Shown here: positions 1 through 13,976 of the stretch, one piece after another
Numbering within the stretch: position 1 is the stretch's first letter
Layout of the letters: each line of letters starts with the position of its first letter
Assembly (NCBI GenBank): GCA_951406725.2
Contig: OX597816.1
Span: forward strand, 98,270,001-98,334,000
Length of the DNA stretch: 64,000 bases
Origin: Octopus vulgaris
Lineage: Eukaryota
Direction: 5' to 3'
Made by a program: the position numbers and the translations under genes
The notes under the pieces: generated by a model
What the model saw: only the letters and a program-made list of their open reading frames with translations
What the model was told of the DNA's origin: nothing
The model's database searches: none

Positions 1-3000
1 CATTACAGCTTTATGATTTGGGAGAATAAATATCAAGTAGGATTACTCGTTATTGTGGTTTAATGTGTACCAAATTCAAGATGGTAGTGTGAGTTTACCA
101 TGTAGCTTTCAATTTGGCCAGACAGATATTCAGAAGTATATGTTTTACCCCTTATGCGGTAACGGGTTTTCATCTGGCCTTCAAACTACCAACAAATTTA
201 ATAATGTATGAAATTAATAATTTGGAAGATGCTCGAGCTTATATCTACTGAAAATAAATCAAGTCGCTGTGAAAAACTATATTTTGAAAATGAAATATCA
301 AGTAAGGTTAGCGCCGTTATTTTTACAGAAACGGTCGTATAATTATTGATTAGGCAGTATAATATCAACCGATAAAACGTACACTGTGTAGTGTATCTTG
401 TATATATAGTAACAAATATATTCATATACACACACATATCTGCAATTTGAATTATTACAGCATATATACTTAATATAATAACGTACCAAAAATCATGAAT
501 TTATTCATATATTGAAGATAATCGAGAAAATAACTAAATATTATATTCACTGAATTGTCGCATAGACGTAAGGAATATGTCTGAGGCATGAAGACTTTAT
601 CGTTTTAAACGAATGTATCTTGCGGAATAGAAAATATTCTTGAAATCAATAACAAAATTCCTCTAACTAGTAAACGAGAATTGTTAGTGAACTTTCTTGA
701 CTGCTCGTTTGTGAAGGTAAAACAGCAAAAAAAATATTCAGCTTTTAGTGAAGCAATTTTCCCTTTAGCTTCTGGGCGGCAACTGTAGCAGTTTAATTGC
801 AATTATTGTCGTACTCTCAGACAATCAACAATGTCGTCTTCAACATAGGCATTTATTGAAACTCGCTAATAGAAGCAATATTTAAAAATAAGGAGTGTCA
901 GAATTTTAGAGCATACAGATTGTTATGTAGAAATGTGATTGATTATCAAATTTTCTTTTTAAAGTTTTAGCTGCAGAAAGTAATTTGAACTTATGATCAA
1001 TAATATTTAAAGTTGACAACTTATAAAATATTTTTCTCTACATAGTAGTCCATATTTACTGATAATTGATTGATATCCGTAGGTTGCACGTGAATAATGA
1101 TCTTACTTTGTTTTTCTGAGAGTGGTTGAACCATCGAATTAGGAACGTGAGAGGGGAAAGTTTGCATTGGTTTTAGTCGTTTATATCGACCCCATTGATT
1201 TATCTGCTACTAAATTTCGTCGCTCATTTACGATGCTAAATGTAATGTGAATACTGAAGTTAGGGGAAATGAAAAATATTAATACGACATCGTCATACTG
1301 TTCACTGAAAAGTCATTGGATGAGTCCAGACTATTGTTGTAAGCCCTTACCGCAAGTGCAGCCCAAAGATATCGTGCCTGGACAATAAACACGGTTGTTA
1401 AGCGGAATTCGTAATGACATGGTCTTACCTGCGAGAGTAATTTTAAACACAAGCGTATCTTTGAAAATGTTAAACTACACATTGGCATAAATAAAAGAGA
1501 CATAATGAAAGAGACATTACTAAAAGAGGCGGGCTTTGACACAATGCAGATTTGTGTACGTTTCCTTAATTCTTTTACGAAATATTTCCACACACTATTA
1601 TGATTACAAGATGCATAATATACTTATATGAATTATTCTATTTAGGGTTGATTTATATAATATACAAGCATAAATGTGTTTCCAGAATTAGAAATACTCA
1701 TAATTTAAGGAGCAGCTGTAACCTGTTCAAACACACCCTTCCTTAGCAGAGAAAATATAATAATGAGAATGAGGTTTCTGAAGCACGTCCATTGTTCAAG
1801 AACTATTTTTTCTTATTATAGAACTGTCATTAACAATGCCAACGCAAAGCAATGCAAAAATAAAACAATCAAGTGATTTTAAATGATTTAACATTTCTTC
1901 TGAATTGTCTAGTGGTTGGCAATTTTCATAAATTACAAAACTCGGGATTTATACTTTATTTTTGATAAATGCGATTGGATTTGATTAAAAATTTAATTAA
2001 GCCTGGCAATATCAGAGTGTAATCAATTATATTGCTGAGATATTTCGTTTTAATGTTATTATGAAGGGTCTTAAATGTTAGTTTATTTGTTTTCTTTTAC
2101 TTTCTGCTCGTATTGTTTTGTTGACATACCAAGAAAAGAATATTGATATTTTACACATTCACATGACCTTACAATTTGCATGGATATGTATTGAGTGCAT
2201 GGCAATTAAAATTATCAAAAAATCGCCATTTGCTATTGAACCAACCAGCTGCAAGTCATTTCAAAGCTCTTATCTTCATACATGCCTAATGTACTCCCAT
2301 TCATTCAAGTAATATTCCCACTGTTGCACTTCCGGAAACCAACATTTAAATAATTAGCCATAACCTTTCTCCTAAAAGGTTCAACAATTTGAAAATTTCT
2401 CCTGACTGATGTTCTTTCAAACACTTCAAGATACATAGGTTAAAACCTAACATTAACACATCTGTCTGATGAGAGTTTCATGAGGAAGGGGTTTTAATAT
2501 TTGTCTTTTGTGCTTTGTGCATTGCATAATAAAGTGAAACGATTGAGTTAAACTTAATATTGTTCTTTGAATAACTACACAAAGCAACGCTCAGCACCTG
2601 AGATAAAATATTAAGATGCATAATCTGGAATATCACATATATTATACGCATCACTGCAAAACAACAAAGTACTGGTCAATTTCATAGTGTTGCCATTGAC
2701 AGAAGTGGGGTGTTATATTACACAGAGTAATTAGTTATAAAAGGACAACAAATTAGAGAAGATTTTCATTCGCATCCATTGACTTGATATGGACATCATG
2801 CATTTTCACATGTCTCCTATATTCAGATATATCCATCATTGAACCCATATAAGGTAACTGATTCGTCTTGTCTTGGAAAATATATCCATAACCTTTATAT
2901 GGTCTGTTACAACAATAGTAATGCGTCAATTCATGAATTACTTTATATAGCCCCTACGAAATAATAGCTTGCTTTTGAAATGGACCATGATTATGTCTTC

Positions 3001-3171
3001 AGTTACCACTAAGTAAGTTTTAATTCTTTATGTCTACACATTTCTTCAACATTATACTATTATTGTTTCTACAGTGCTTGTATATAATACACTTACTCCC
3101 CACTATGTTACACACAGACACACAGACACACACACATATATATATGTATATATATATATATGTATATATAC

Positions 3172-3216
<45 letters not shown>

Positions 3217-3222
<6 letters not shown>

Positions 3223-3373
3223 ACACCGATCAAACAATTATTGAACAAATGAACAAAAATAGTCGAATTTTCCGGTCGAACACCTCAAACGTTTACTTTT
3301 CATTCTTGCTTGCGAGAATTAAATTGAACGTACACATCCTAAGAACAATGGCACTACTGTTCACAAAAATGTG

Positions 3374-3413
<40 letters not shown>

Positions 3414-3465
3414 CACATTTTTGTGAACAGTAGTACCATTGTTCTTAGGATGTGTACGTTATATA

Positions 3466-3498
<33 letters not shown>

Positions 3499-3660
3499 AA
3501 TTACACATTTTTGTGAACAGTAGTACCATTGTTCTTAGGATGTGTACGTTCAATTTAATTCTCGCAAGCAAGAATGAAAAGTAAACGTTTGAGGTGTTTG
3601 AGCGGAAAATTCGACTACTTTTGTTCATTTGTTCAATAATTGTTTGATCGGTGTTTCATC
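3217..3660. repeat. Foldback element: ~160-bp inverted arms around (TA)n, with an extra partial arm
   Basis: 3217-3376 is the near-perfect reverse complement of 3501-3660. 3411-3460 is a 50-bp duplicate of the start of the right arm. (TA)n lies outside and between the arms. Confidence 0.9.
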
Positions 3661-3690
3661 AATATATATTTAACAGACATAGCAACACAC

Positions 3691-3754
<64 letters not shown>

Positions 3755-6251
3755 ATATGTGTATCTGGATATATATATGCGTGTGTATGTGTTTGTGTAT
3801 ACGTATGTATGTATATATAAACAGATATACATACATATTTATAGCGGTAAGTGTATGCATTTCTGTATAGGTTTACATCTCTCTCATGTATGTGGAAGTG
3901 GGTTTTTTTCACTATGCTTACGTTATTGCCGACTTTACGAAAGACTTTAGGTCTTTTACATGTAATTTCTCGGATAGACAATTTACGGCTTTAGAAGGAA
4001 AGTTGGTAATTATTAATAATAATTAGACACGATGAATATAGTGCTAAGGAAGCTAAAATCACCAAAAATATCAATTAATGGACGGTATGGAATTTGGTCA
4101 TGTGTATAAATCATTACATAAGCGAGGGATTGCAACTTCACAATCGAGCCTTATTATGGCAGGATTTTGACGTCTGTTATTAAATTAGTTCAATGATTAG
4201 AATTAAAATCACATTCGTTCAAGATAAATTACTGTTAGCTCGAAAGCAATCTAGATAAACGGAAAGAAAACAAAACTCAAGAGAAAACTAAATGAATAAT
4301 TTTTCTGTATGGGTTTGGTGGTTAGGTAAATTTAACAATTCAATGAGGACTCCTGAACTTTAGATAGTTTCATATGGCATATGCAATGGTCGTTGAATGT
4401 GTAGTAGAAAGGAAGCCGTAACAATAGCAAAACATTTGAAGTAGGTGTTTACGTTTATTCAAAAAACAAACATCTTGATGAAATAGGAATGTTTTAAAAA
4501 CCAATGCAGAATAACAGTTTCTGATTTAATATAAAGGCGGTTTCTTTTTATATAGGTTGGATATACTGATAAGGATTTAAAATAAATGACTTGTTGCTCA
4601 ATAAATATCAAGCTTCTGAGAATTCAGACTATTCCTAATTAGCTAAATTGAAACCCGAAAAAAATGCTTGAGTTAAATTTGAAAATAGTTTGTTTTGGTG
4701 ATGAAATATTTTGTAAGACTCATTCTTCATATCAAAATTTCAAAGCTTCTGATCATTCAGTTGTACCTTGTGATTTATGTCAAAATATTGACGTTAAGTA
4801 TGTTAATTTTATATAATATTCTTGTTGGATTCACTGCAATAGGAGTGATCAGCCATTAGTTAGGTGCCCTCTCTATGTGCATGGATCGGCTAGCTAAGAC
4901 CCTTTCTTTTCCGAATACTGTGCTGCATGCAGTCAAACAGGTTCTTGTTTTCACTTCATTATATGATATAATCAGTCTATGGATGCCTTTCACGGCCTAT
5001 TGCTCTCCTTATTCCTATAATACCTCTCTGGATCGTCTTGGGCATTGCGTGTCCAAAACAACATAGCTTTGTGGACTTGCTTTCTGTCAATATGTGTATT
5101 ACTGAACTTTCAGCTCCTACTATGTCAATAAGGGATGAAAGACGGCTACCACTATTAAAATTGTTACTACTAATAATGGGGCCTGCATCCATTAAATTGA
5201 GACTAACTGCTAAAAGCATGTGACGTTTGTAAGAAAAGTTTTGGGAAAATTATAATTTACTCCCTATATATTAATGAATATATCGATAAATTGTTAAGAA
5301 TGACGAGACTTCATGTATACATCTGCTGGAATATCACAACGATTTCGTTCTCTACAGTTTATTCATAGGGGGCTAGATTTCGCGTGCCTAGTGGCTGATG
5401 ATATTTTCAGTGACATTGGTGGTGGATACATACTTGAAAAACTGAAGGCATTATGCAGTATTTTTTAAAATTACTTGTGGTTAATAATATCACATAAGGA
5501 ATCTTACGAATTTGAATTTTAGACATACATGTATGAAATATATCAGTCCATAACAGAAGGTTCGTTATTCTATATGACTAGAGACGAATGAATTTTCAGG
5601 TAGTGTATAGCTATATACCGAGAATTTTGCAAAATGCACCAACGAACTTTCTTGTATTACACAGATTTTATTAAATTTATTTGCACGGCTTTTGATACAA
5701 TGCAATGCCACCTACATATAATAAACGCCATTGTTTCATATTAGAGAAATCTAAATCTTTAGCCACTTATTTGCAATGAATGCTGATATTATTCAAGATA
5801 TTGCATTTACCTTTTTTTATTGTGGCATTTAAACTTAGATAAATATCTCTGGTAGTTGAGTTTATATATTTTATGCAGCTTTTCTTGTCATGTCTGGTAA
5901 AACGAATATTTTTATTCGTGATTTATGTTTTCTGCACATTCGTTTTTAATTTTAACTTGAAGCTATTCATACTTCTAAATTTTTGATTACCGTAATCTCA
6001 TGACCTTCAAATGGTTAGTAAAACTTATTTGTGGCAAATTATTAGACTTCCAGTCATATTTAGTGGTATTCTTAGTATCAGTTTGCTTTTCCTGCAGAAA
6101 GGAAAAATCCACGTAGAAAGGAAAACAATTTTAATATGTTCTATATTTTTTTAGCGTTCGTTCTTGGAAGGGAATATCAATGCTTTTAGCAGTAATAGTA
6201 CTTTGTGTTTCAGGATATACGTTGTTTCGTAGATTATAGTTTACAAACTGC

Positions 6252-6316
6252 TTGACATGAATATTGTTATACAGGGCAGGATTTGACATGAATATTGTTA
6301 TACATGGCAGGATTTG
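6252..6316. repeat. 31-bp tandem duplication
   Basis: ttgacatgaatattgttataca(g/t)ggcaggat occurs twice in tandem. Confidence 0.9.
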
Positions 6317-6579
6317 TTCATTATCACACAGAAGAAAGAGTTATATTAAATATTAAAATACCTAAAACGTCAGGGCTCAATATTTTCATTGTAACTGGAC
6401 GTACAGATTACTTACACAATTTTCGTTTTTGGATTTGTTTGTTTGCTTTTGTTTTCTGAACAGAAAGAGGATATGATTTCTCATAATGTGTGTGCATCTA
6501 AAACTATAAAGAAGAACTATATTTCGATATTCTTTTGAATATATACAAACATAACACACGAACACACACCCGCCACACA

Positions 6580-6622
<43 letters not shown>

Positions 6623-8153
6623 GTAAAAAGTGCATTTTGGTAAAATCAAATTACATTTTTGCATCAATTACACACACCTAGTATAAGACAATGGCTTAAA
6701 ATGAATGAGAGAAATTCTACTTGCCTTGCAAGATATATTTCTGCTGTGTGAGATTTGGCATTCAAATAGTTTCTAATAGGTATGGCAGTATTGAAGTGAC
6801 CCCGAAAATACATATTTCTATTTAATTATATATTTTCCTGTGATATATTTTCGCAGACATATAGATGTCTGTATTTAAAAAAAAATGTAAAGTAATGTGA
6901 GATCGTGTACTAAAATTTACTCTTATTTTACACGTATTTTTCAAATATTGCCTCAATACATAAATATAAATTATAAAAATATAAAATTTATTAACGAATA
7001 GAAATATATAAACCAACTCGTTCATAATTAACTTTCATATAAAAATATAATTGATGTTAGCATACTAAGTTCACCAATTACATATTATGTATTCTCAGTA
7101 TTTATTCTCTTGATAATTAAATATCATTTCAAATTAAAATACAGATAGGAATATCATTTACTGATGAAAACAAAGCATTATATACTCATGACTCCTTTCA
7201 ATTCTTATCGCATCTCCGGTATTTATCACATGTATTTCTGAGAATAATTGCATTTTCAGACTTCCATATACCATTTAAAGGAATCAGTGCTGTTTCTTTC
7301 ATATAAATATAAATTATATGTATGTTTTTTCCATTCAAAGAACATTCCTCGAGAGTGATCTAAAGGGTAGGTCGGTACATATTTAAGTCGAGGCGTTGTG
7401 AGAATGTTTAGTGCATCAGAAACATGAGTTAGGGTATTTACGTTGCAACAGATATTTTTCGAATAAAATCTTTTGGATATGATACAAATTGCAGAAGAAA
7501 TGTAGATAAAATTGTAGATATAAACGTCTAAATTATTATAATATTATAATACAGCTCTTTATGTCTAGGTACCACATATATAAAAATAAGAGTTACAACA
7601 AAGAAATGAATGAAAATTGTACTTTCGATAATTGAGTTATTTTAATTGTACTACAACGAAAAAAAATGCACGAATGGTGATGTTCAGAGCGCTTATGGCT
7701 ATATGCCTCTCTATTGCACATAATTGTAGTTACATAACAACTACAGATACGGGATTTGTACATTACATTTCGATGAAAATTTTAATGGACCTAAAGAAAA
7801 AAACAAAGAAAATAACCGAAAATATATTTTATACACAGTGCGACGAATGATACTGTTGAAGACACAAGTAGTTTCAAATGCTGCCACCATAGAACGGAAT
7901 CATTGTAATGTTGTCTGGCCTTTTACCTGCCCCTGTGTCAAAATTTGAATGACTAATGCAATGAAAGTTATATTTCAATGGCTAGCCAAACAGAGAGAAT
8001 CCGACTCAGCCCAGCTATTCAAGTGAAAATGCTTCGAAATCCACAATTTACAATCTATTTAAAGATATATATTTAAATATATATATATCCATAAAATATA
8101 TGCATGTGTGTGTGCGTTTACATTGTGTGTATATAATAGATTAAATTAATAAT

Positions 8154-8215
<62 letters not shown>

Positions 8216-8343
8216 CGTGTGTGTGTATAATTATATTAAGAGAGTAAAGGTGAAAAAAATTTCCAACGTGCTTGAAAATGCCTCTGTATTTTCAATCATG
8301 GGGGAGATAGGTCGTTTTGTACGCCCTTACTCCCTTAATATAA

Positions 8344-8374
<31 letters not shown>

Positions 8375-8384
8375 CATACATACA

Positions 8385-8419
<35 letters not shown>

Positions 8420-8429
8420 GTATATATAT

Positions 8430-9340
8430 ATCCTTAAATCTTTAAAAATGTTTCAGCCCGAAAGCTGCGGCCATGCTGGGGCACCACCGTTGGCTGTGCT
8501 ACACTAGTATGTTTAACCCGGTCTGATACCTGAAACTTGGTCCACAAGGGAGTTCGACGCCGCTGCCCGCATCTGTGATTCCTGACGAGAGGTAGGTTCA
8601 TCTGGAACCCCTGACAAGAATAGATCGAGTATAGTTTTAAAGAAACCCACATCCACACCATGCAGATCTCTCAGGCATTTAAGAAGGATATGGAAGTGCT
8701 GCGGTCCCATGAAACCCAAGCTGTTGCAGTATCTGGTTCTCTATTTTGATCTTGATGTTGGGATCTTTGGCGCCGTGCAGCGGCGCCCCGTTCTGCTGTT
8801 GGAGTAACTTTCAATGCTAAAATTAGGGACAAGTCCCTCCAGAATTTTCCAGATGTATATCACTGCATATCTCTCCTGCTTTCGCTCCATGGAGAAGAGG
8901 TTTAATTCTTTCAGTCTTTCCCAGTAGCTGATATGTTGCATTGAGAGGATTTCCTTAGTATAGCTTCGTTGAATTGCTTCGAGTTCTTTTGTTAACTTTA
9001 TATTGCTTAGTGCCATAGTTAGGAGCAGTAGTCCAAGCAGCTGAGGACGAATGTCTTCCAAAGGACCATCAGTGTCTCCTTCTCTCTTGTTGTGAATGTT
9101 TGCAGGATCCATCCAGCTAGCTGTCTGCATTTTATTACCAAATTGGCAATATGCACTTGGAAAGATGCATCATTGCTCATGTCAATGCCCAGGTCACACA
9201 CTGATTTTGACTCAGGGATTGCAATTCTTCCCGGGCCAGTGTACCCGGTCTGCATGTCGTTCATCTTTGTGCGCCTGTAGCGCAGGGCTTGGAACTTCCA
9301 TACATTAAACTGCATGTTGTTGTTCTCATCCCACTTGTAT
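8430..9340 (-). mobile_element. 5'-truncated CR1/L2-like LINE (RT C-terminus and 3' UTR), frameshifted
   Basis: ORFs 9019-9315 and 8741-9130 give MQFN..KFQ, DLGIDMS, LDYCS, LEAIQRSYTK, SYWERLKELNLFSMERKQERY..IYIWKI, typical of the post-RT region of CR1-group LINEs. The element ends in short tail repeats next to (TA)n/(TACA)n. Confidence 0.88.
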
Positions 9341-9483
9341 TGTTGTCATTAGCCTACCTATATATAAAATTATTTAATGTATAAATTACCGATAAACTTT
9401 CATTGAATGTTGACTTCCTTATAAAAATCATTGACGTAACTTTTTCCTTATATATTAGTACAACTTAATAAATAAATAAATAA

Positions 9484-9525
<42 letters not shown>

Positions 9526-10094
9526 AAATAAATAAAATATATAAGCTATATACACTTACATACATATGTGTATGTTTGTGTACACACATATATACATATA
9601 TATGCATATATGAACTGCTCTTCCACAATGAATGATTTAAATTAACTATTTAAAAACAATTAATAGTTGAATTAAAAATTTAAATTCCGCTCTTTTATTA
9701 TTTTGCCTTACAACGTTAATAGAAGAAGTATAATAATTTTAAATTAGATGATTGTATAATAACGATAATTTTCCTTTATATTAAGAAACATTCTCAAGTA
9801 ATATTTTAAATGGCGCGTGTTCTTTCTCTTAAATTATAGTAATACTTTATTAACAGATTCTCATAAGAATGCATCCACCGAAATAATGAGTTTGATAATA
9901 ACATATATGGAAATTTTATTCATGAACGTATATTAAACCAAGTATTTGGAATAATCAACCAACGTCCTATTACGGTACTGGAGCAAATACTTTCATAGAC
10001 TGATTTTTCATATCATTCCATTAAAAGATTATGTATGTAAATTATGTTACATACATACGCACGCTCACTCACATGCACACACGAGTATTTTGTT

Positions 10095-10555
10095 CGGCGT
10101 TAACAGCCCTTCTTATCTTGTTTTTCCTTGTCCTGTCTTTTACTGTTTATAATTTGTACTGTCGTTACTGTCCTGTTTTTGTTACCATTTTTTACCCCTC
10201 TGCGAAAAGATCTCAGAATTTTAATTGATTTGCTTTTCGCAGGAAGGAAAGTTTCTTCTCGAAGATACGTCTCGCTTTTATCCTTCGAAACGTAGAGTAG
10301 ATGAAACCATAGCGACTGAAGAAGGGTTTTTTTCTTTGCGTTAATTGTCCTGTACTCTATTTTTTGTTGTTTAAAAAAATGTCCAGTTCCTTTGGTTTGT
10401 GTCTATGTTTTCGTTTCTCATTGTGTTCGACGTCTTTTGGTATCCTGTACTCATATATGTGTGCATATGTACATGTAGAGGTAGGTACGTACATATATGT
10501 CTTATATATATGCATATGTTTTATTTTATTTTTTTATTTATTAATATATATATAT
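10095..10555 (+). mobile_element. Solo pLTR-like repeat (family A) with degenerate hammerhead
   Basis: Homologous to 28600-28990, 47958-48230 (rc) and 48262-48527. Contains tttgc..gaagg..ccttc-GAAA-cgta-ga-gtaga and ends in (TA)n. Confidence 0.65.
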
Positions 10556-11049
10556 ATATAGATAGATAGATAGATATATATATATATATATATAGATAGA
10601 TAGATACATACATACATACATACATACATACATACATACATACATCGATGTATAGTTGAAATTTATAGAAAAGAAAAGGACGAAATCAGGTGTTGAGCAA
10701 TAAGCAAATGTAATAGTTTGACATTCAGAAAAATGAATAAATCAGTAGTCCAGCATGGCGAACGATTGAAAAGAAAGGAAGGGAGATAATACTTTTTAAA
10801 AATGAGGTTAAATGAAAGGGAGGTAATAAAGTGATAGTGACCCCAACATGAGAAGATGTGCGCGCGAGTACGTATGTGAGAATGGTGTGTATGATTGTAT
10901 AAGTGTGTGTGTGTGTTGTGTATAGCAGTTAATGTGTGCATTTTCAAGTGGTGTGTGCACATGTGTGTCTGTGACCAAATAGTGTGCATGCATGTGGTGA
11001 TATTTTAGAAACAACTTGCGCATGCCAATGCTACTAGTCGAGAGCTCCA

Positions 11050-11500
11050 CATACAGGAAGCCAGCAAGTGTATGGGCTCATCAGTAGAGTATGCGTGACA
11101 ATTCGGAGCCTACCTCTCGACGGCGTCATTGCGCACCGCCCCCACTCGTTGATATAAGACCCCGCTTGCTAGATCAACTGGTTATCAAATAAATCTCAAT
11201 ATTCTTCTAGCCATCGCTTATCGTCTTTTTTTCCAACCAAATCCCATGGCCAGCTTTTTCCACTGTATTTTGGATATCGGTCATGTCGGTATTTACTTTA
11301 CAATGAGTTAGGTCTAACGATAACAACTGTAGACTCACACTGTGTTCAACAAACCCACCACATCCGACTTCAATTAGAAAATGCTCCACTTTCCAGCCTG
11401 CGCCTTCACATTCCTCGAGGAGGTTTACATAACTGTCAATTTTTGGCGCCCGAGCTCGAGCAGCGTCCATGTTATCTTCACGAGGAACCGTGGACGAAAG
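11050..11500 (-). mobile_element. Hero/R2-group non-LTR retrotransposon 3' fragment (restriction-like endonuclease C-terminus)
   Basis: TVPREDNMDAA..K..SY..LLEECEGAGWKV...IEVGCGGFV...EKAGHGIWL matches the LTVPWE...KY...GW...EVGCRGF...W pattern of Hero-clade RLE domains. Confidence 0.75.
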
Positions 11501-12038
11501 TTATTTTTGTCTGTCTATGTTTCATGTATTAATGCGTGAAGCGTGTGTATGTATATATAGCCTGTGTTCAGGTATTGTGAGCTTGTATGGGTGTGGGAGT
11601 ATATATTGTCTGTGTTCAGGTATTATGTGTGGGTGTGGAAATGCGTATGATGGAGCGTGGTGTGCGTACTGAGTTAAACAGTGTGTTTGTGGCTACCCAT
11701 ACAGTGGCATGTGTGGTGACGCTATTGAAGATTGCGTGTGGGTGTGTGGATGACGGTGTGTATTTGGGTGCTGGAATGTAGAGTGGTGTGGGGATAGTAT
11801 AATATGAAGGGAGTAGGTGGGATTGTTGTCAGATGGAGAGAGGAGGTGAATTGAGTTCATGTGACGCAAGTGAGCGAAGAGAGACTATTAAATACTGCTC
11901 ACGGTGAAGTAGGGAGATCGGATGGGCCTTGCGCAAAGACAGTCCGAACACAGACATATGTTGAAGTGAATGACCGGTCGAGCAGAAATAGCGCGTGACC
12001 AGTGTGTCACTGCCGAGTCTGGTGTCTCGGAATTTCAC
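11500..12038 (-). mobile_element. Penelope-like element 3' fragment (GIY-YIG C-terminus plus 3' region)
   Basis: RDTRLGSDTLVTRYFCSTGHSLQHMSVFGLSL..REQYLIVSLRS aligns with RDIHLANDTPVSRHFRSTGHSLQHLSVFGLSL..REQKLIFSLRS of the PLE at ~18770-18950. Confidence 0.85.
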
Positions 12039-12221
12039 CTATCGTGGTTTATTATTTAAAGCTACGTCGAGTCCTATGTGGTGTTGTCTTACATTTATAA
12101 TAAAATAAATATTTACAAATTATAAAAGTAAAAAAATAAAAATATACAGAACAATACTGTTTCTACTTCGTCGATTTTCACCTATTGCGGGGATTTTTTG
12201 GAACGTATATAGGTATATATA

Positions 12222-12376
12222 CAACGGAATCTTTCAATTTCCGTCTACCAAATCGACTCACAAGACTTTGGTCGGCCCGACGTTATAGTAGAAATCATTT
12301 GCCCGAGGTGTCACAGTGGGACTGAAATCAGAACCATATGGTTGTGAAGCAATCGTCTTACCACAGAACCATGCCT
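12222..12376 (-). mobile_element. tRNA-derived SINE, 5' half (same family as 52111-52538)
   Basis: Reverse complement aligns with 52116-52275 (tcagtcccactg, gggccgaccaaag, gatttggtag.cggaaa). Confidence 0.8.
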
Positions 12377-12859
12377 TCATACAAAAAGTATTCATGTACT
12401 ATGTCTATATTTATTACATATATATGACTCTACAAGTTCTGCAAGTATACTGGCTAAATGTTGTGATCCCCACCACAGGAATCTGGCACTCCTCATCAAG
12501 CGGTGTTGTATCAATAGCCATTCCATTTTAAGCACATAATTTTTTTATATCCATCTAATTCGCCGAGTGAGTGAATGTACGTTAAACCACGCGCGTGCAT
12601 ATGATTATAATTCTTGTAAGTTTGTACGAGCCTGTGTCCAGGTTCCAGAATCGTGAGCGTAGGCATTTGTACATCCATATCTACTAACCGTTATATTCAA
12701 TTTTTTTTTCGCTGCATCGTGTATTTGTTTCTTTTTGCATCTGGTATTTGTTATTGACCTTTCATAGTAACGAAGCTGCATCGCTTAATTTGCTTCATGT
12801 GTATACATATACCAAGAAGAAATTTTACAGAACAAACGTTATTTTGATTAGATACATCC

Positions 12860-12967
12860 TGTCTCCTGAGAAACTCATCTATGCCGACGGCTACACCTAA
12901 ACCGGATGTTCAGTATCCTATCCATGCGGAACAATTGGTAGATAAGTCGAAACAATTGTAGTGATCA
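12860..12967 (+). ncRNA. Degenerate type-I hammerhead-like motif in a probable solo pLTR
   Basis: ctgagaa-actcatcta...tagataagtc-GAAA-caattg-TA: long stem II and palindromic stem III, but the CUGANGA box is damaged. Confidence 0.45.
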
Positions 12968-13028
12968 AGAAAATTCTCTTATCTTCAATCTTCCGTCTTT
13001 CTCATTAATCAAATATACATACATACAT

Positions 13029-13086
<58 letters not shown>

Positions 13087-13098
13087 ATATATATACAC

Positions 13099-13132
<34 letters not shown>

Positions 13133-13173
13133 AAATATGCATGTATCTGTGCGTGCGTCCGCGTGTGCTTGTG

Positions 13174-13214
<41 letters not shown>

Positions 13215-13933
13215 ACTTGAACGAGAGCTGCTTGTCATTAAAACATAGTCTCATGATTTCATATTGCCTCAGCACAACGACTATAACCTCACTCAAATTC
13301 TTGCAAGAATTTTTAATATTATCATATACTGGTAGCTGTATGTCTGGAAAATATAATATGCATATTTTAACATTGGAGGAAGAATGATGAAACTTTTTAA
13401 TCTTAGAAATTGATTTGTAATTAAAATTACCAGAGATTTTAATAGCTATATTTAGTTTAATGCTGGATATACTGAAATATTTAAGAGGTGTTTGTGAAAG
13501 CACAACTGATTAGTAATTGTAATGGAACACCACGTTTTTTATTATAATGAGGTCATAGAAGCCACTGTAATTACACAATACAGTGCTAGTTATGACGAAA
13601 TATTTTAATAGCGGCTGTAAAGATAAATATTTGTGGCGATTTTAATGTTACAGCAATATAACTGCTTTTATACTTGCAGTGTTTGTTTATTAAAACTGTT
13701 CAAAGTTTCTTGTATTGAAACAGTTAAAGGACGATTTGACTCACACAACTGAGAAGCAGTTGTAATGAAACAAGTTAGTGTTTGCAATAGTATGCCTCTG
13801 TGATTTGTCTAGTGACATAGCACATCAGTTGGTGACACAATACATCTTAAAAGTGCAAGTGAAGAAATCTTTCAACAGTGTGATAAACTCTCTAGAGTTT
13901 CTGTTGTATGTTGTAAATTGGGAGAACTCTCCA

Positions 13934-13976
13934 AATTATCTCAACTAGAACATTCTAATTATCTCAACTAGAACAT
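13934..13976. repeat. 23-bp tandem duplication
   Basis: aattatctcaactagaacat occurs twice, 23 bp apart. Confidence 0.85.
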
